Below, in pieces: positions 1 to 11,921 of a stretch of DNA of 64,000 nucleotides; position 1 is the first letter of the stretch, and each line of letters opens with the position of its first letter. The DNA is from Phoronis australis (Eukaryota; Animalia; Phoronida). The DNA is taken from the NCBI GenBank assembly GCA_002633005.1, contig NMRA01000064.1, forward strand, positions 248,001 to 312,000, given 5' to 3'. The translations under genes were made by a program, and so were the position numbers. A model generated the notes under the pieces. That model did no database searches and had not been told where the DNA came from. It saw only the letters and a program-made list of their open reading frames with translations.

Positions 1-300
1 AGTATCCTAGCCTACTAGTAAGGAATAAGTATCCTAGCCCACTAGTAAGGAATAAGTATCCTAGCCCACTAGTAAGGAATAAGTATCCTAGCCTACTAGT
101 GGGGAATAAGTATCCTAGCCTACTAGTGAGGAAGGTAAGTACCCCAGCCTACTAGTGAGTAATAAGTACCCTAGCCTACTAGTGAGGAATAAGTATCCTA
201 GCCTACTAGTGAGGAATAAGTACCCCAGCCTACTAGTGAGTAATAAGTACCCTAGCCTACTAGTGAAGAATAAGTATCCTAGCCTACTAGTGAGGAATAA
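1..300. repeat. 27-bp minisatellite (~11 copies, runs off the window start)
   Basis: Unit AGTATCCTAGCCTACTAGTRAGGAATA repeated head-to-tail; ORF 115-315 (LFLTSRLGY)n is only its translation. Confidence 0.95.
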
Positions 301-616
301 GTTGTTGTTCTTCATGGTAGCTTAAACAACTTATGCTGTTATTGTCTCACTGATGTGAAAATAATCTTGTTGCCTTGGTAAGAGATTAAAGTGGTTAAAT
401 TGTTCATTTTGAAAAGCATGATAGGAGCTTGTGCTGTTGAAGAAAAATAAGATCATGCATTCAATAATTTTTTGACTTGTCAGTTCAAGTCTTGGACAAG
501 TTGGATTTTTGGTTACAATACCACTGGGCAGGAGTATGAGGGTTTTGGAAGATTTTAAATCTGCCTTTGGTTTGTAGTTTTCATCAGACAGTATCTCCAC
601 TATCCAAACCGTGTCA

Positions 617-921
617 NNNNNNNNNNNNNNNNNNNNNNNNNNNNNNNNNNNNNNNNNNNNNNNNNNNNNNNNNNNNNNNNNNNNNNNNNNNNNNNNNNNN
701 NNNNNNNNNNNNNNNNNNNNNNNNNNNNNNNNNNNNNNNNNNNNNNNNNNNNNNNNNNNNNNNNNNNNNNNNNNNNNNNNNNNNNNNNNNNNNNNNNNNN
801 NNNNNNNNNNNNNNNNNNNNNNNNNNNNNNNNNNNNNNNNNNNNNNNNNNNNNNNNNNNNNNNNNNNNNNNNNNNNNNNNNNNNNNNNNNNNNNNNNNNN
901 NNNNNNNNNNNNNNNNNNNNN
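617..921. other. Assembly gap (305 N)
   Basis: Run of N next to a tandem array, so probably a collapsed repeat. Confidence 0.99.
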
Positions 922-1078
922 CACTGTCAACTCAGTGTCATTGGATTCATCTGTAGTAGCCACTGTCAACTCAGTGTCATTGGATTCATCTGTAGTAGTT
1001 ATTGTCAACTCAGTGTCATTGGATTCATCTGTAGTAGTTATTGTCAACTCAGTGTCATTGGATTCATCTGTAGTAGTC
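922..1078. repeat. 39-bp minisatellite (4 visible copies, probably continuing into the gap)
   Basis: Unit CACTGTCAACTCAGTGTCATTGGATTCATCTGTAGTAGC; the left gap edge ends in GTGTCA, which also occurs in the unit. Confidence 0.92.
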
Positions 1079-2059
1079 AGTCAATAGCAGTTTTCATTCA
1101 CTGTTTTTCCATTGTAAGTACCTCATTTCATTTACCGGTATTACTAGTAACCAACGAGATACTTCAAATTTAAAAACTACGCCTTTGTAACGTTTTCGGA
1201 GCATCATGTTGAAATAACTTCGATAACCTTCACATAAAATTGATAACTACCTACCTAAATGCCTACCAACAAGTTCACCTTTGAATTCTCGTTCTCTGTT
1301 GTTCTCAAATTAAAACCCACCTTCTAGTTCCTGGTACTTTACTTTGAATGCTGTTGCTGGACATGGCAATTATAGAAATGGCATAAAATCTAAATGTTTT
1401 GGATTAGTCCGTCAAGTCTTAACGTCACCTAATCTGCATCAAGTGTCAAAGTCACGTGTGGTTACTGGCAGTTAGCTTAGAAAGTGTTATGGGACCAGAT
1501 GATATTTTATTGACATTAATCTTGACTTTATGTGACATGAGCTCCAGTATAGCTTGCTGTTTGTATTCTAACTTATGAGCTGTCTCATATCCCACCCACG
1601 GCCTCTGCACTCACTAGTGTTGTGAACCAAGAACTAATCTCATGTTGTTGTCCTTTGAGATTCACCTCACTAGTAGCTTGTTATTGAATTGTTTTTTTCT
1701 AAGAATGCTGGAATCGGGCTTTTTGATAATCATATGTTGATTAATAATTATTTCCTAAACATGAAGAAGGTTATTATTGCTGAGTTGCCATTTCCTTAAA
1801 AAAACTAGTTAAGTTATTTTGCTTTTAAAATCATATGGTTGGGTGTCTTTTCTTTAAAGAAGTATTTGTATGCTCCTAGCTATGCTAATGTATAGTAGGA
1901 ACTAAACAACAATGCTGTTTGAACATCATCTATGCTAAACAAAGTACAGTGTCTGTTGTATTCATCAAAAACTTGTTAATGTGAAAACAAAAAAATCTGC
2001 AAAGGGTGACCTAATGATGTACCTTGGAGGCTCACATAGCCCGCATCATCTATTAATAA

Positions 2060-2335
2060 AATGCATCGTTTCCACAAACTCCGTCACCCTTGCTCCACTG
2101 CAGACCTTCGTTGCACCCGTTTCGGCACCGCCTTGGTCCCAGGTATTGCAGCGGCCCCCTTTTTTGATTCAAGGTGTACTATTTTTTCTCGCGGGATGTT
2201 TTTTCGCGGACGCGGAGGGAGGGTGACCAGTTTCGTACTGGCCTTGGTGACGTCAGACGGTCGGCTCAACCGCCTTGGTGACGTCACTTCGTCGGCTTAA
2301 TTTCACTCCCTCCGGTTTCTCTCGTGTATATAATT
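2060..2335 (+). promoter_or_regulatory. CpG-rich patch with two perfect CRE/ATF sites and a TATA-like box
   Basis: TGACGTCA at 2248-2255 and 2279-2286, each inside a 15-bp direct repeat GCCTTGGTGACGTCA; GTATATAA at ~2326-2333; local CpG enrichment in an AT-rich background. Confidence 0.4.
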
Positions 2336-2384
2336 CATGGGGCCTGTCCCGCTTAAATGAATGACACCTCATTAAGAATTACTC

Positions 2385-2965
2385 TTCCTTGAGTAAACTA
2401 AATTGTTTACCCAGGTGTTGGAAAATTGGCGTTCTTCAGTTATTCTGCAGCTAAAATTGTCATGCGCTCTTTAGAAGTCATTGCGCCACCTATTGACCAA
2501 ATTTCCATGTTCTTCAATCAATTGTGAGGTTGAGTATATGCCATAATCGGAAGTGGTTTCATTTCATTACAAGTTTTTACTATTTTAATACCAGAAAACC
2601 CAATTTCAGAACAAACTCTTGAGAGATATCACAAAATTTTAGGAAATGGCACGTACGTGCGCGTGTCACGAGTACGCACTGTTTTCAAAACAAGAATGGT
2701 GACAGATGTTCCTTAGTTACAAGGCGGAGAATAACGTTAGATTTTTTTACTTCTATGAACGGCTGTAATGGGTAAGATGAATGTCAGTTCATTCCCATAT
2801 TCTGCATGCACCCCTGCAGGTTGTAAGCTCAAATTTTCACGAAAAAGTGACGAGCTGAGCACCCGGGTTGTGTGAAATTTCGGTGTCTAACGAAGCTCTA
2901 CACACAGTTACCTAGCTGCAGTGAGTTTTGACGATAGTCTTCATACAGCTAGCTGGCTTTCTACC
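2385..2965 (+). mobile_element. Dispersed non-autonomous repeat, copy 1 (homologous to 43272-43925)
   Basis: Colinear blocks shared with the 43.3-43.9 kb copy: CTTGAGTAAACTAAATT, GTTATTCTGC.GCTAAA, CACCTATTG.CCA, AATTTCAGAACAAA, GTGAAATTTCGG, TTTTGACGATAGTCTTCATACAGCT. Confidence 0.8.
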
Positions 2966-3089
2966 TCAGTATGTACATTTATGATGCAACTTTTGTAACA
3001 ATACATCTACATACTTTGTGTATTATACAATATTTTAATGCATTCTTTGTTTCCACTTCAAAAGAATATCTGATTACCATACGTTATGT

Positions 3090-3332
3090 TACGGCAGGGT
3101 GAAATGTTGTGGAAAGAAATTTGTACTGCCTGGGAAAAGAATCCCACAGCCGCATACCTTGCCTACTAAAATCTGACAATGACAGAAATTCTGCTTGAAG
3201 CCTTGAACACCGTCTCTTCAAGAAGTATTCCCGTCTCTTACGATGAACATTCGGTTTACTCTTAGGTGTAACTATTTACCCTCGGCGTTTCCCACTAGCT
3301 GCTACCCGTGCGAAAGCACGGGTTACGGCTAG
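3090..3332 (+). mobile_element. Helitron-type element, 3' portion with terminal hairpin and CTAG
   Basis: Hairpin ACCCGTGC-GAAA-GCACGGGT (3304-3323), then CTAG|T at 3329-3333, the canonical Helitron 3' end. The upstream ~200 bp is homologous to 58535-58710. Confidence 0.75.
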
Positions 3333-4970
3333 TGCAGTCTTATTCCCTTACACTACGTCATGATACTGGACACGGTTGAGTGATTTAAGGTTGTTCATTT
3401 TCGATACAAAACTCGTTCTTAAAGACATTTGGCAATTTTCAACTTACTTCATGTTCACTTCTTCGCTATATGTTCTTACTAATTTGACCAAGCAATCACA
3501 GAGATTAGGAATTAGCATGCAAGTTCCACTTTAAACAGTGAGGCACAGATTTCAAAATGAGTCCTGCGCAACCTAAAACCAACCATGCTTTCTTTATCCC
3601 GAACAACAAAAACCTCCCAAGTCAGTTCTTGTTAATGTATACCACAGAGCATTTGCTGGTAATTTCTGATTCAAAATGACGATTGCTGGCAAATGTGAAG
3701 AATGAAATGGCAACTGGAGGCTATGTGTTAGATGACATCATACTCGCAGGAGAACTGACGTCATAAACTTTCCAACTTTAGCTGTCACGGAACCTCAGAG
3801 AGGTAAAGATGTTATAGCGTAGGGCTAAGTGTTTTAGAACTAGTAATTATAGACCTTGTACATAATAAATTACTTGTATGTCTAGGATGTCTTATTTTTC
3901 CTTCTAAGACCAGAAACAATCACTCTGGAGAAGTGCTGTTCTTGTGAAAATATCAAGGAAGATATTCTGCCAAGGGTTTAAAACCATTGTCATTATGACT
4001 GTAACAGTTTCATCTGTGACATTGTTAACAGTCAATTTACTGTATGCCATTGCTCCATTGCTGCCACATAAAGAATATCAAATACCTTTCTCTACGAAAT
4101 ATTCTATGTGAAATACCGTACAAATGCAGTTTTTCACTTGAGATTTTCAACTTGATAATATTAATATCCTCAAGTAGTCCAAACAGGTTTCTATAGCATT
4201 TTTCCCATTGGATAATTTGGTAGCCAGATAAAGCTGATGTGTGTTTTAGAAACATAATCAGAATTTCACAATAAATACGCTTGTTTTATTGTGGTTAGTG
4301 TGGAGTACACGAAAGCATTAGTTGAACATTTTGAACTTTTTATTTTGGGATAATTAAATGCTGTACACCTTGTTGAACCTAAAATTTAAAATTGCATACT
4401 CATTTCTTAGACGATCTGCTAAATTACATTTTGCATTCACCTGATGCCAGTGAAACAGGCAAGTTTCTGACATTCATAAGATTAAAACCAGTCATTTCCC
4501 ATTTGATTTAGGTTAATGAAATCATCTACCGGTGAGTGATTGAATGTGTTGATAATCTGCTGTGTAACATCTTGCTTGCACCATGTGTTTATCATGAGTG
4601 TCGATCTGGTGATGATGTCAGGAGTATGCTACTGGGGCTGGTGGAACATTCATTTATCAATATATTGTAAAATCGCAGTAGTAGGACACAATATGGTGGT
4701 CAACTGGAATATTTTATCCTTATTTTATCATAAGCAATAAGTTGCACCAAAGTAATGATATTTCGTACTGTTTTCAAGTTTTTTACCATCGCACAAAATT
4801 TTTTGGAAATTGTGGGCATTTAGAAGTGTGTTAAAAGATTTTGAATAACGAGAAAGGGTGATTCTGGCAATCACTTTTATTACCGTATTCACCCTAATGT
4901 GTATTTTCAGAGTTCGCCCAGCCCATGAATGTGTACATGCAAAAAATGACTTCTCTGCACTCCTAAAATT

Positions 4971-5275
4971 CTACAGTAAAGTCTTCAATTTATCAACAAG
5001 ATCAGCAGTCCTGAAAGTCATTGTGCACAGAATTTCTAGACCACCAGCCTTGCTGCTGTGTCTGTATTTAGCTTTGACTATATACTTCAAACTTCTGCCG
5101 TGCTTCAAAAAGAACGCAGCAGTTTTGCTGATCTCGCAAGGAACGTATCCCACTATGGTCTGGCCTTTCAGAACAGACACAGCGTACTTATTAACGGGAT
5201 TGAATCTTTCACGCATAGTTTCCAATTCTCTCTCAACAGGATTCCAAATTTCTGTGTGCAGATGACTAGGTGGAA
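4971..5275 (-). pseudogene. HIRAN-like domain relic, probably transposon-derived
   Basis: EIWNPVERELETMRERFNPVNKYAVSVLKGQTIVGYVPCEISKTAAFFLKHG...KAKYRHS...GGLEILCTMTF matches the recalled pattern RE..N..D.YAV.V.....IVGHVP.EIS.....FL..GG...GGLEIPC...F. Intronless and decayed upstream. Confidence 0.7.
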
Positions 5276-6199
5276 AATCATATAAAAATATGGGTAAGGT
5301 ATGAGAAGAGGAACTTCAACAAAATCTAATTTTAGAAAAAATCTCTTTTACTACCACGATTTGTACTGTGTGGCTCTCATAAAACAAAACCTGAACAAAA
5401 ATAATTGACAAGTTTATACGTATTCGGAAAATGCAAAACAAACAATGATTGCAATTATTAATGTAAAAAAGAAGAATTACACCGACAGGCTTGGGTGTGG
5501 TAAGGGGAACCCAGACACAATTTTTGAAGTAAAAATGTTTGTGTTCCCTCTACAAACTGTAGCTTTTTGTGTTGGCTCATTATTGAAGCTTTATCCTGGG
5601 GACCAATCAGTCGCCAGAACCGTGGAATTATTCAATGCACTGGCACGGCCTTGGTGAGGCACTGTGGTCTGTCCGAGAAGGGAACTTTTGATTTAGACTA
5701 TTACCTCTATAAAGTTGATCTCAACCTGTTCTATTCTCGGATGAGAATTGATATGTGAGTTTTCAAGGAACTGACAGTTGGTTATTCCTTAAGACCATGC
5801 TGGACACATAAAGTGACACACCATGACAAGCCAACTTGTAGAGTGCGTTCTGATGATCTCCCAGTTTCTTTGAAGTGTTGAAATCTCCAATATGTCCAAG
5901 GAACATTTTGAGAGCAATTTCCTGTCATTAGATGGTCCAAATCAAAGGTTGTTTTTTTGTGATGGAAAGCGAGTTTATATCTCCTTAAAGTACCTCGTTA
6001 CACTAATTGTTCTTGGTTGATTAATTAGTGTACCTACCACTTAGATTATAACTTTAGAGTGTATCCATAAATTAGTCTCGTAATACTCCTGACTTGTTTT
6101 CCATTACCAGCAAGAATGTCAAAACCGACAGCGTTTCAAGAAAAGGCTTCAGGGTTTATTGTAGGCTGGTCAACCCTAAAATTGTGAATTCAAAAATAG

Positions 6200-6430
6200 C
6201 GCATTGTACACATTCGCATTGCACACATTCGAATTGCACACATTCACATTGCACATATTCGCATTGTACAGATTCCCATTGTACACATTCACGTTGCACT
6301 TTCACATTGCACACATTCGCATTGCACACATTCGCATTGCACACACTCGCATTGCACACACTCGCATTGCACACACTCGCATTGCACACATTTGCATTGC
6401 ACACATTCACATTGTACACATTCACATTGC
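6200..6430. repeat. 15-bp minisatellite (CATTGCACACATTCG)n, ~15 copies
   Basis: Direct tandem repeat; accounts for ORFs 6094-6441, 6156-6461 and 6204-6434. Confidence 0.93.
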
Positions 6431-6899
6431 CTGAGTCTTGAGTTGCTGGCTCATTTGGCAATAATTCAAGATTGGGTGGGCATGGTTATGTTTTCATACT
6501 TCAAAGCCTTCCAGTTAAGAATTAACAGCTAAATGGCATCCAAATATGCCATTAATCTGTATTTTTGTCAAGGAATTTGGCAAAATAAATTGATTTTTCT
6601 GTTCACAGCCATGTTGTGTGCTTAACTGGTGGATAATCACTGAAGTCATTGAAATGTTAATCCGTTCGTACAAAGTCATCACTTAAGGACAGATTGTGCA
6701 TTTTTTGCGTTTTATTGATTTACAAAATGGTGAAACTGATGCACTGGTATGATAAGCAACCTGTTTTTCAAATACAGTTCAATCAAAATGAGTTGACAGC
6801 TGTGGTATTGTCATTTTTTAATGTAAGATACGTAATTAATATTATGCAGGATTGAAGCGACATTTTTAAATGTACCTGTATATACCATGTACATGCATG

Positions 6900-7070
6900 T
6901 AGTTAGGCCTTAGTGCATTTGTATGTGAAGTTGAACCTTAGTTAGGCCTTAGTGTATTTGTATGTGAAGTTGAACCTTAGTTAGGCCTTAGTGTATTTGT
7001 ATGTGAAGTTGAACCTTAGTTAGGCCTTAGTGTATTTGTATGTGAAGTTGAACCTTAGTTAGGCCTTAGT
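6900..7070. repeat. 39-bp minisatellite, ~4.3 copies
   Basis: Unit TAGTTAGGCCTTAGTGTATTTGTATGTGAAGTTGAACCT. Confidence 0.95.
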
Positions 7071-7947
7071 ACAGTGAGTTATCAGGAGCATGTCTGAGGA
7101 ACAAATTTTAAAAACATGGGAGCAATATTTGGCTTGCTATAAAATGCTGATGCGTGTTCAGTCTAATTCTAACTATTAAAGGAAAAATATTAAGAATTTA
7201 TAAATGCACTGGAATGCCTTCTTTAAGACACGAACGTAACCGGTATATAGAAGGGATAGCCACATGCATCTATACTAATTAAGTAAATGATACATTGATT
7301 TAGATATTGATGTGTTAATTGGGAAATTCAAAATTAATAGCCAAGCATGAGTGTTACAAAACAAAAGTTTATCAGACATTCGATGCAAACGACTTCTGTC
7401 ATCATTTTTTCATGCAAGTACGATAACGCAAATGAGCCAAAACAACCATTTCACGTCACTTTTAGTACACAGTAAAGAATAAGTAGTCTTGCTCAATATG
7501 GTAAAATGATGCAAACACTGAGTGTTGGTATGTGTGATATGAACAACAGACTAATAATTCTTGTTTATGATTGAGTTAATCCATCATTGGTTGGCTAGCT
7601 TATCCTACGATCTGTTTTCTGTTGATCAGGAATATGAGGCACATGAAGCGTTGACATATAACCATGACACATTAAGATCAACATGCATTTGTCATGCTTC
7701 AGTTTCACCATCAACAGACAGTATGGATGGAATCCTGTTCACCAATAAACATGTTGTACAGTACTCTTTCCGATTAACACCCAGAACAATTAAATTAGGA
7801 AATCGATAGCAGAGCAAAGGCGTTTGAAAATGATATTTTTGTAATGTTGAGGGTGGGTGTTAATACCTGAGTAATCAATTCACCCCCGTAAATGTCTTCA
7901 CCATTTTTGCATGTCCCTTCAGAACTATATCACATTTCCTTCAGTAG

Positions 7948-7982
7948 GTATTGTATTGTATTGTATTGTATTGTATTGTATT
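7948..7982. repeat. (GTATT)7 microsatellite
   Basis: Direct reading. Confidence 0.95.
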
Positions 7983-9089
7983 GGCCAAATATGGCCACCA
8001 GCTACTGACACTGAATATTCTTTACTCAAGGGAGCGAGTTGAGTAGGAAGTAAGTTTAAGATCTAAATTCTCATGAACTCTAACTACTGAGTGCACACAG
8101 CTTCAAACTGGAGCCACGTGAACGTAAATTGCGTGAAATGCAAACGCCAAATTCTTAATCACGGGAAATGTAAATAGTGATTTATGCATGTTCATGCTGT
8201 GCAGAAGTGAGTAGGATGTAAGATGACCGAGTCATGATACTGTGTGCCAGTCAGTCAAGTCAGTCAGTGAACCTTCCACTCTCAACTTTGGAAAATATTG
8301 CGTGTTGAGTGCTGAGATTTCCAAATGTTGTAGCTGTTTATGACAGCTAATCAGCTCATCCTCGCTACCTCATTTGGCCAACTTTGGCATATATCCCACA
8401 GATTGAACTTTAATTATGACAATCATGGCATGCACACAGCTTCAAACAAATTAGCATCTTGTGAATATTGGTAATATAAGTTGTGATTATCAGATATGAC
8501 AGTCATAGCATCAGGAAGGAAGTTGGAAAGTTTGTAACTTATGATTGCATTTTTGCGGAAAAAAAAGGTTTTTAGGGAATAGGAGTTTAGATCATTGTCC
8601 CTTTTGAAATTGATTACTGTTCTTTGTTCCCAAATGGAGTCTCTGACCAGTCGAGTGCATGAGGCCTGGACTTGCTGCCTTCCTGGCTTGGCAATTCTGT
8701 TAAAAAGGGTCGCCGTTTCAGTGAGCCTGTACTTAGCACTAGCCAGTTATGCGTTGCAACTTTTTGTTTCCCTCTAAGACTCTTGAAATGATCTGTGTAT
8801 ATGTCTTGTGATATTGATGATACATGTAGGGTAATGCCACTGGTGAATAGAGTACTCCTGATGGTGCACAGACAGTTCTTAAGGATAGATACCGGTAGAA
8901 TAAATGATGAAAACAAATACACAGGTATAGATGTGCACATGGTGCATATATGCTGGTGTTGTGTAAGACTATGTAGGAGCAATGACCTGACTTTATTTCT
9001 AAAATATAAGACAATTTTCAGGTCTTAGCATGTGATCAGGTGGGTGGAAGAGGAAATGTGTTTTACTTCCATATCAAGTAGTTGGGGGA

Positions 9090-9480
9090 GAACTTCCATA
9101 TCAAATATTAAAGGGAGTGTAACTTCTATATCAGATATTGGAGGGAGTGTAACTTTTGTCTCAGATATTAGAGGGAGTGTAACTTCTATATCAGATATTA
9201 GAGGGGGTGTAACTTCTATATCAGATATTAGAGGGAGTACAACTTCTATATCAGATATTAGAGGGAGTACAACTTCTATATCAGATATTAGAGGGAGTGT
9301 AACTTCTGTATCAGATATTAGAGGGAGTGTCACTTCTGTATCAGATATTAGAGGGAGTGTAACTTCTATATCAGATACTTAAAGGGAGTGTAACTTCTAT
9401 ATCAGATATTAGAGGAAGTAAAACTTCCACATCAGGTATTAGAGGGAGTTATGCCTTCCATATCAGACATTGGAGGGAGT
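9090..9480. repeat. 30-bp minisatellite, ~12-13 copies
   Basis: Unit AACTTCTATATCAGATATTAGAGGGAGTGT, degenerate at both edges. Confidence 0.95.
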
Positions 9481-9661
9481 TCTATATAAAATATCTGATC
9501 TCTTTAAACATTTAGAGAATTTAACTTGGGTACTTTCATCCCCCATCCTGTCAAATAACTTGTTTTTATGTGAACTTTTTGCCATCGTAAAACTGATCTC
9601 AACTTGTTCCTTACTCAGATCAGATGCATTTTTTCTGTTTATGAGAAGAAATGGCATCTCC

Positions 9662-10312
9662 TTATTACTGGAGACAATGCATGAGACATAAAGTGACCTG
9701 CTGGGTCCAGCAACATAGATGATGAAGAAATGAGACAGTTAGTTGTTATTACTGGAGACAATGCATGAGACATAAAATGACCTGCAGGGTCAAGCAACAT
9801 GCATAGTGAAGAAATGAGACAGTTAGTTGTTATTACTGGAGACAATGCATGGGACATAAAGTGACCTGCTAGGTCAAGCAGCATAGAAGATGAATAAATG
9901 AGACAGTTAGTTGTTCTTACTGGAGACAATGCATGAGACATAAAGTGACCTGCTAGGTCAAGCAACATAGATGATGAAGAAATGAGACAGTTAGTTGTTA
10001 TTACTGGAGACAATGCATGAGACATAAAGTGACCTGCAGGGTCAAGCAACATGCATAGTGAAGAAATGAGACAGTTAGTTGTTATTACTGGAGACAATGC
10101 ATGGGACATAAAGTGACCTGCTAGGTCAAGCAGCATAGAAGATGAATAAATGAGACAGTTAGTTGTTCTTACTGGAGACAATGCATGAGACATAAAGTGA
10201 CCTGCTAGGTCAAGCAACATAGATGATGAAGAAATGAGACAGTTAGTTGTTATTACTGGAGACAATGCATGAGACATAAAGTGACCTGCTGGGTCCAGCA
10301 ACATTCATAGTG
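9662..10312. repeat. 84-bp tandem repeat, ~8 copies, with a 252-bp higher-order unit
   Basis: Units start at 9662, 9746, 9830, 9914, 9998, 10082, 10166 and 10250; variants of units 2-3-4 recur in units 5-6-7. Confidence 0.95.
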
Positions 10313-11921
10313 AACTCATTTCTTTCTCTGCCCATAAATCAATTTTAACCTTAGTAAGGAATATTGTGAATCTAGCTTTATAACAATGTGTGGTCTAAGC
10401 TATTATTTGACAAAAGGTGATTTCATAGCAGCTTTTGTTTTTTGTTTTTTAATAGTCTCCAGTTTGAGGATTTGTTGGAAAAATATGAAATACGCAACTT
10501 TTTACTCAAAATGAATGATATTTCTTTATGGAATTGCTTCGGCAAGTTTTACATTTCTACATCGCTCAGTTATCAAACTTGTTTTGAGATTAAAAAATTA
10601 CCACTTTAGGATACAAGATATCAGACAACTGGAACTCGTGTTTTTGTTAAAGATAAGCAGTTCCAAATTAATCATATGCCATTTTCAAAATCTATACATC
10701 AATATCACAAGACCTTGATAATGGAAAAGGGCAGCTTGGAAATAAATTTTGTCCAAAATTGGTGTTCAGTTAGAATTTCTAAGTGTGCATAGTACTATCT
10801 GATATTCTTTATGTCCTCTACATCAGTATTACAGGTCATGTGATTATGAGCCAATATTGTACAAAGTTACACATTAATATCTAATGAAGTAGTACAAGTT
10901 ATGGGCAGGCATCATGTCATGGCGTGATCAATGACGCTGTCTTCTTCAATTTAGTCTAATTATTTTGTCTTGTGAAGTGGCAAGCACACTGGCTGTGATT
11001 CAGTCTGGGTGTTGATGTCGAGAATAGTGGTGATGTGTGTATCTTTATGATTGATATCACATATGTAAGCATGGTTGGCTGCAATTAAATGAAGTCCTAT
11101 TAAAGTCAGCTTTTGAAATCCCATGTCTAACAAAGTACATGACCAATGCACTGAAGTATTGGAAAAGGGTTTTGTTCTAATCAGTTAGGTTTTATTCTAT
11201 CAAGAGATATCACAAATAATAAACAGTTGAAGGCATTAAAATTCCAGTCACTCTCATTGTAGAGAAGTTGTGCATTGTAGGCTGCAATCTGCCCGATTAA
11301 GTTTAAAATTTAAATCGTGCTTATGCATGCTTCATATTTCCAACTAAACTCACTTTTTGAAGCAATGAAGTCGAGCTTCTGCAGCAGTACATCAAGTCTG
11401 TTATGTAGAACATCTAAAAGTTGGAAATGTTGGGTTTTGGGAGATAGCTTTTAACCACGTTGAGAGATTTCTTTTTCACATCATGGGTAGAGGTTGTATT
11501 ACAATACCTGGACAGTCTGGAAAATGAGTCAACGGTCACAATTACGGTTGAAATTCTTGTATTTAAGAAAAAAATAAGTGCTAAAATTGCCCTATTTGTA
11601 TTTTTCATAGTCTTACCACAATGTTGCAAATGGTCAAAAGTTTACCATATCATGTTGTTTGATAATAGTTACGTCGTGCAAACCATGCTAAAAGCAAAAT
11701 AAATTTTTCCTGAAAAGTTAATTTTGTCGAGAAATCTGACAAAATGAAATTCCACCTGTTCGCTATATTGCATCACAAAGTGATTTGTATTAAGTGATGC
11801 ATTCTCCTACCTGAGACTATTCCACTATGATAAATCAACCTGATCACTACCTACCGGATAAATCAATTACAACAATACCATAAATCCAAAAGTTATCAAT
11901 TTATTTCTGTGACTTTTCCAG

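Noticed and set aside
5560-5990. Possible transposase remnant next to the HIRAN relic
   Set aside because: Manual translation of two minus-strand frames gave no convincing DDE or other catalytic motif.
6900-7070. Regular direct repeats here and at 1-300, 9090-9480 and 47468-47690 as CRISPR arrays
   Set aside because: Head-to-tail units with no unique spacers, no cas genes, eukaryotic context.
8632-8720. MESLTSRVHEAWTCCLPGLAILLKR as the AP1AR first exon (Cys pair reminiscent of MGNCCW)
   Set aside because: No Gly2, and its GTGAGC donor is phase 0 whereas the 11922 exon needs phase 2.
11460-11702. ORF segment YLDSLENESTVTITVE as the AP1AR exon before FENL
   Set aside because: No good splice sites; 11922-11970 has a proper acceptor, a GTAAGT donor and better similarity.
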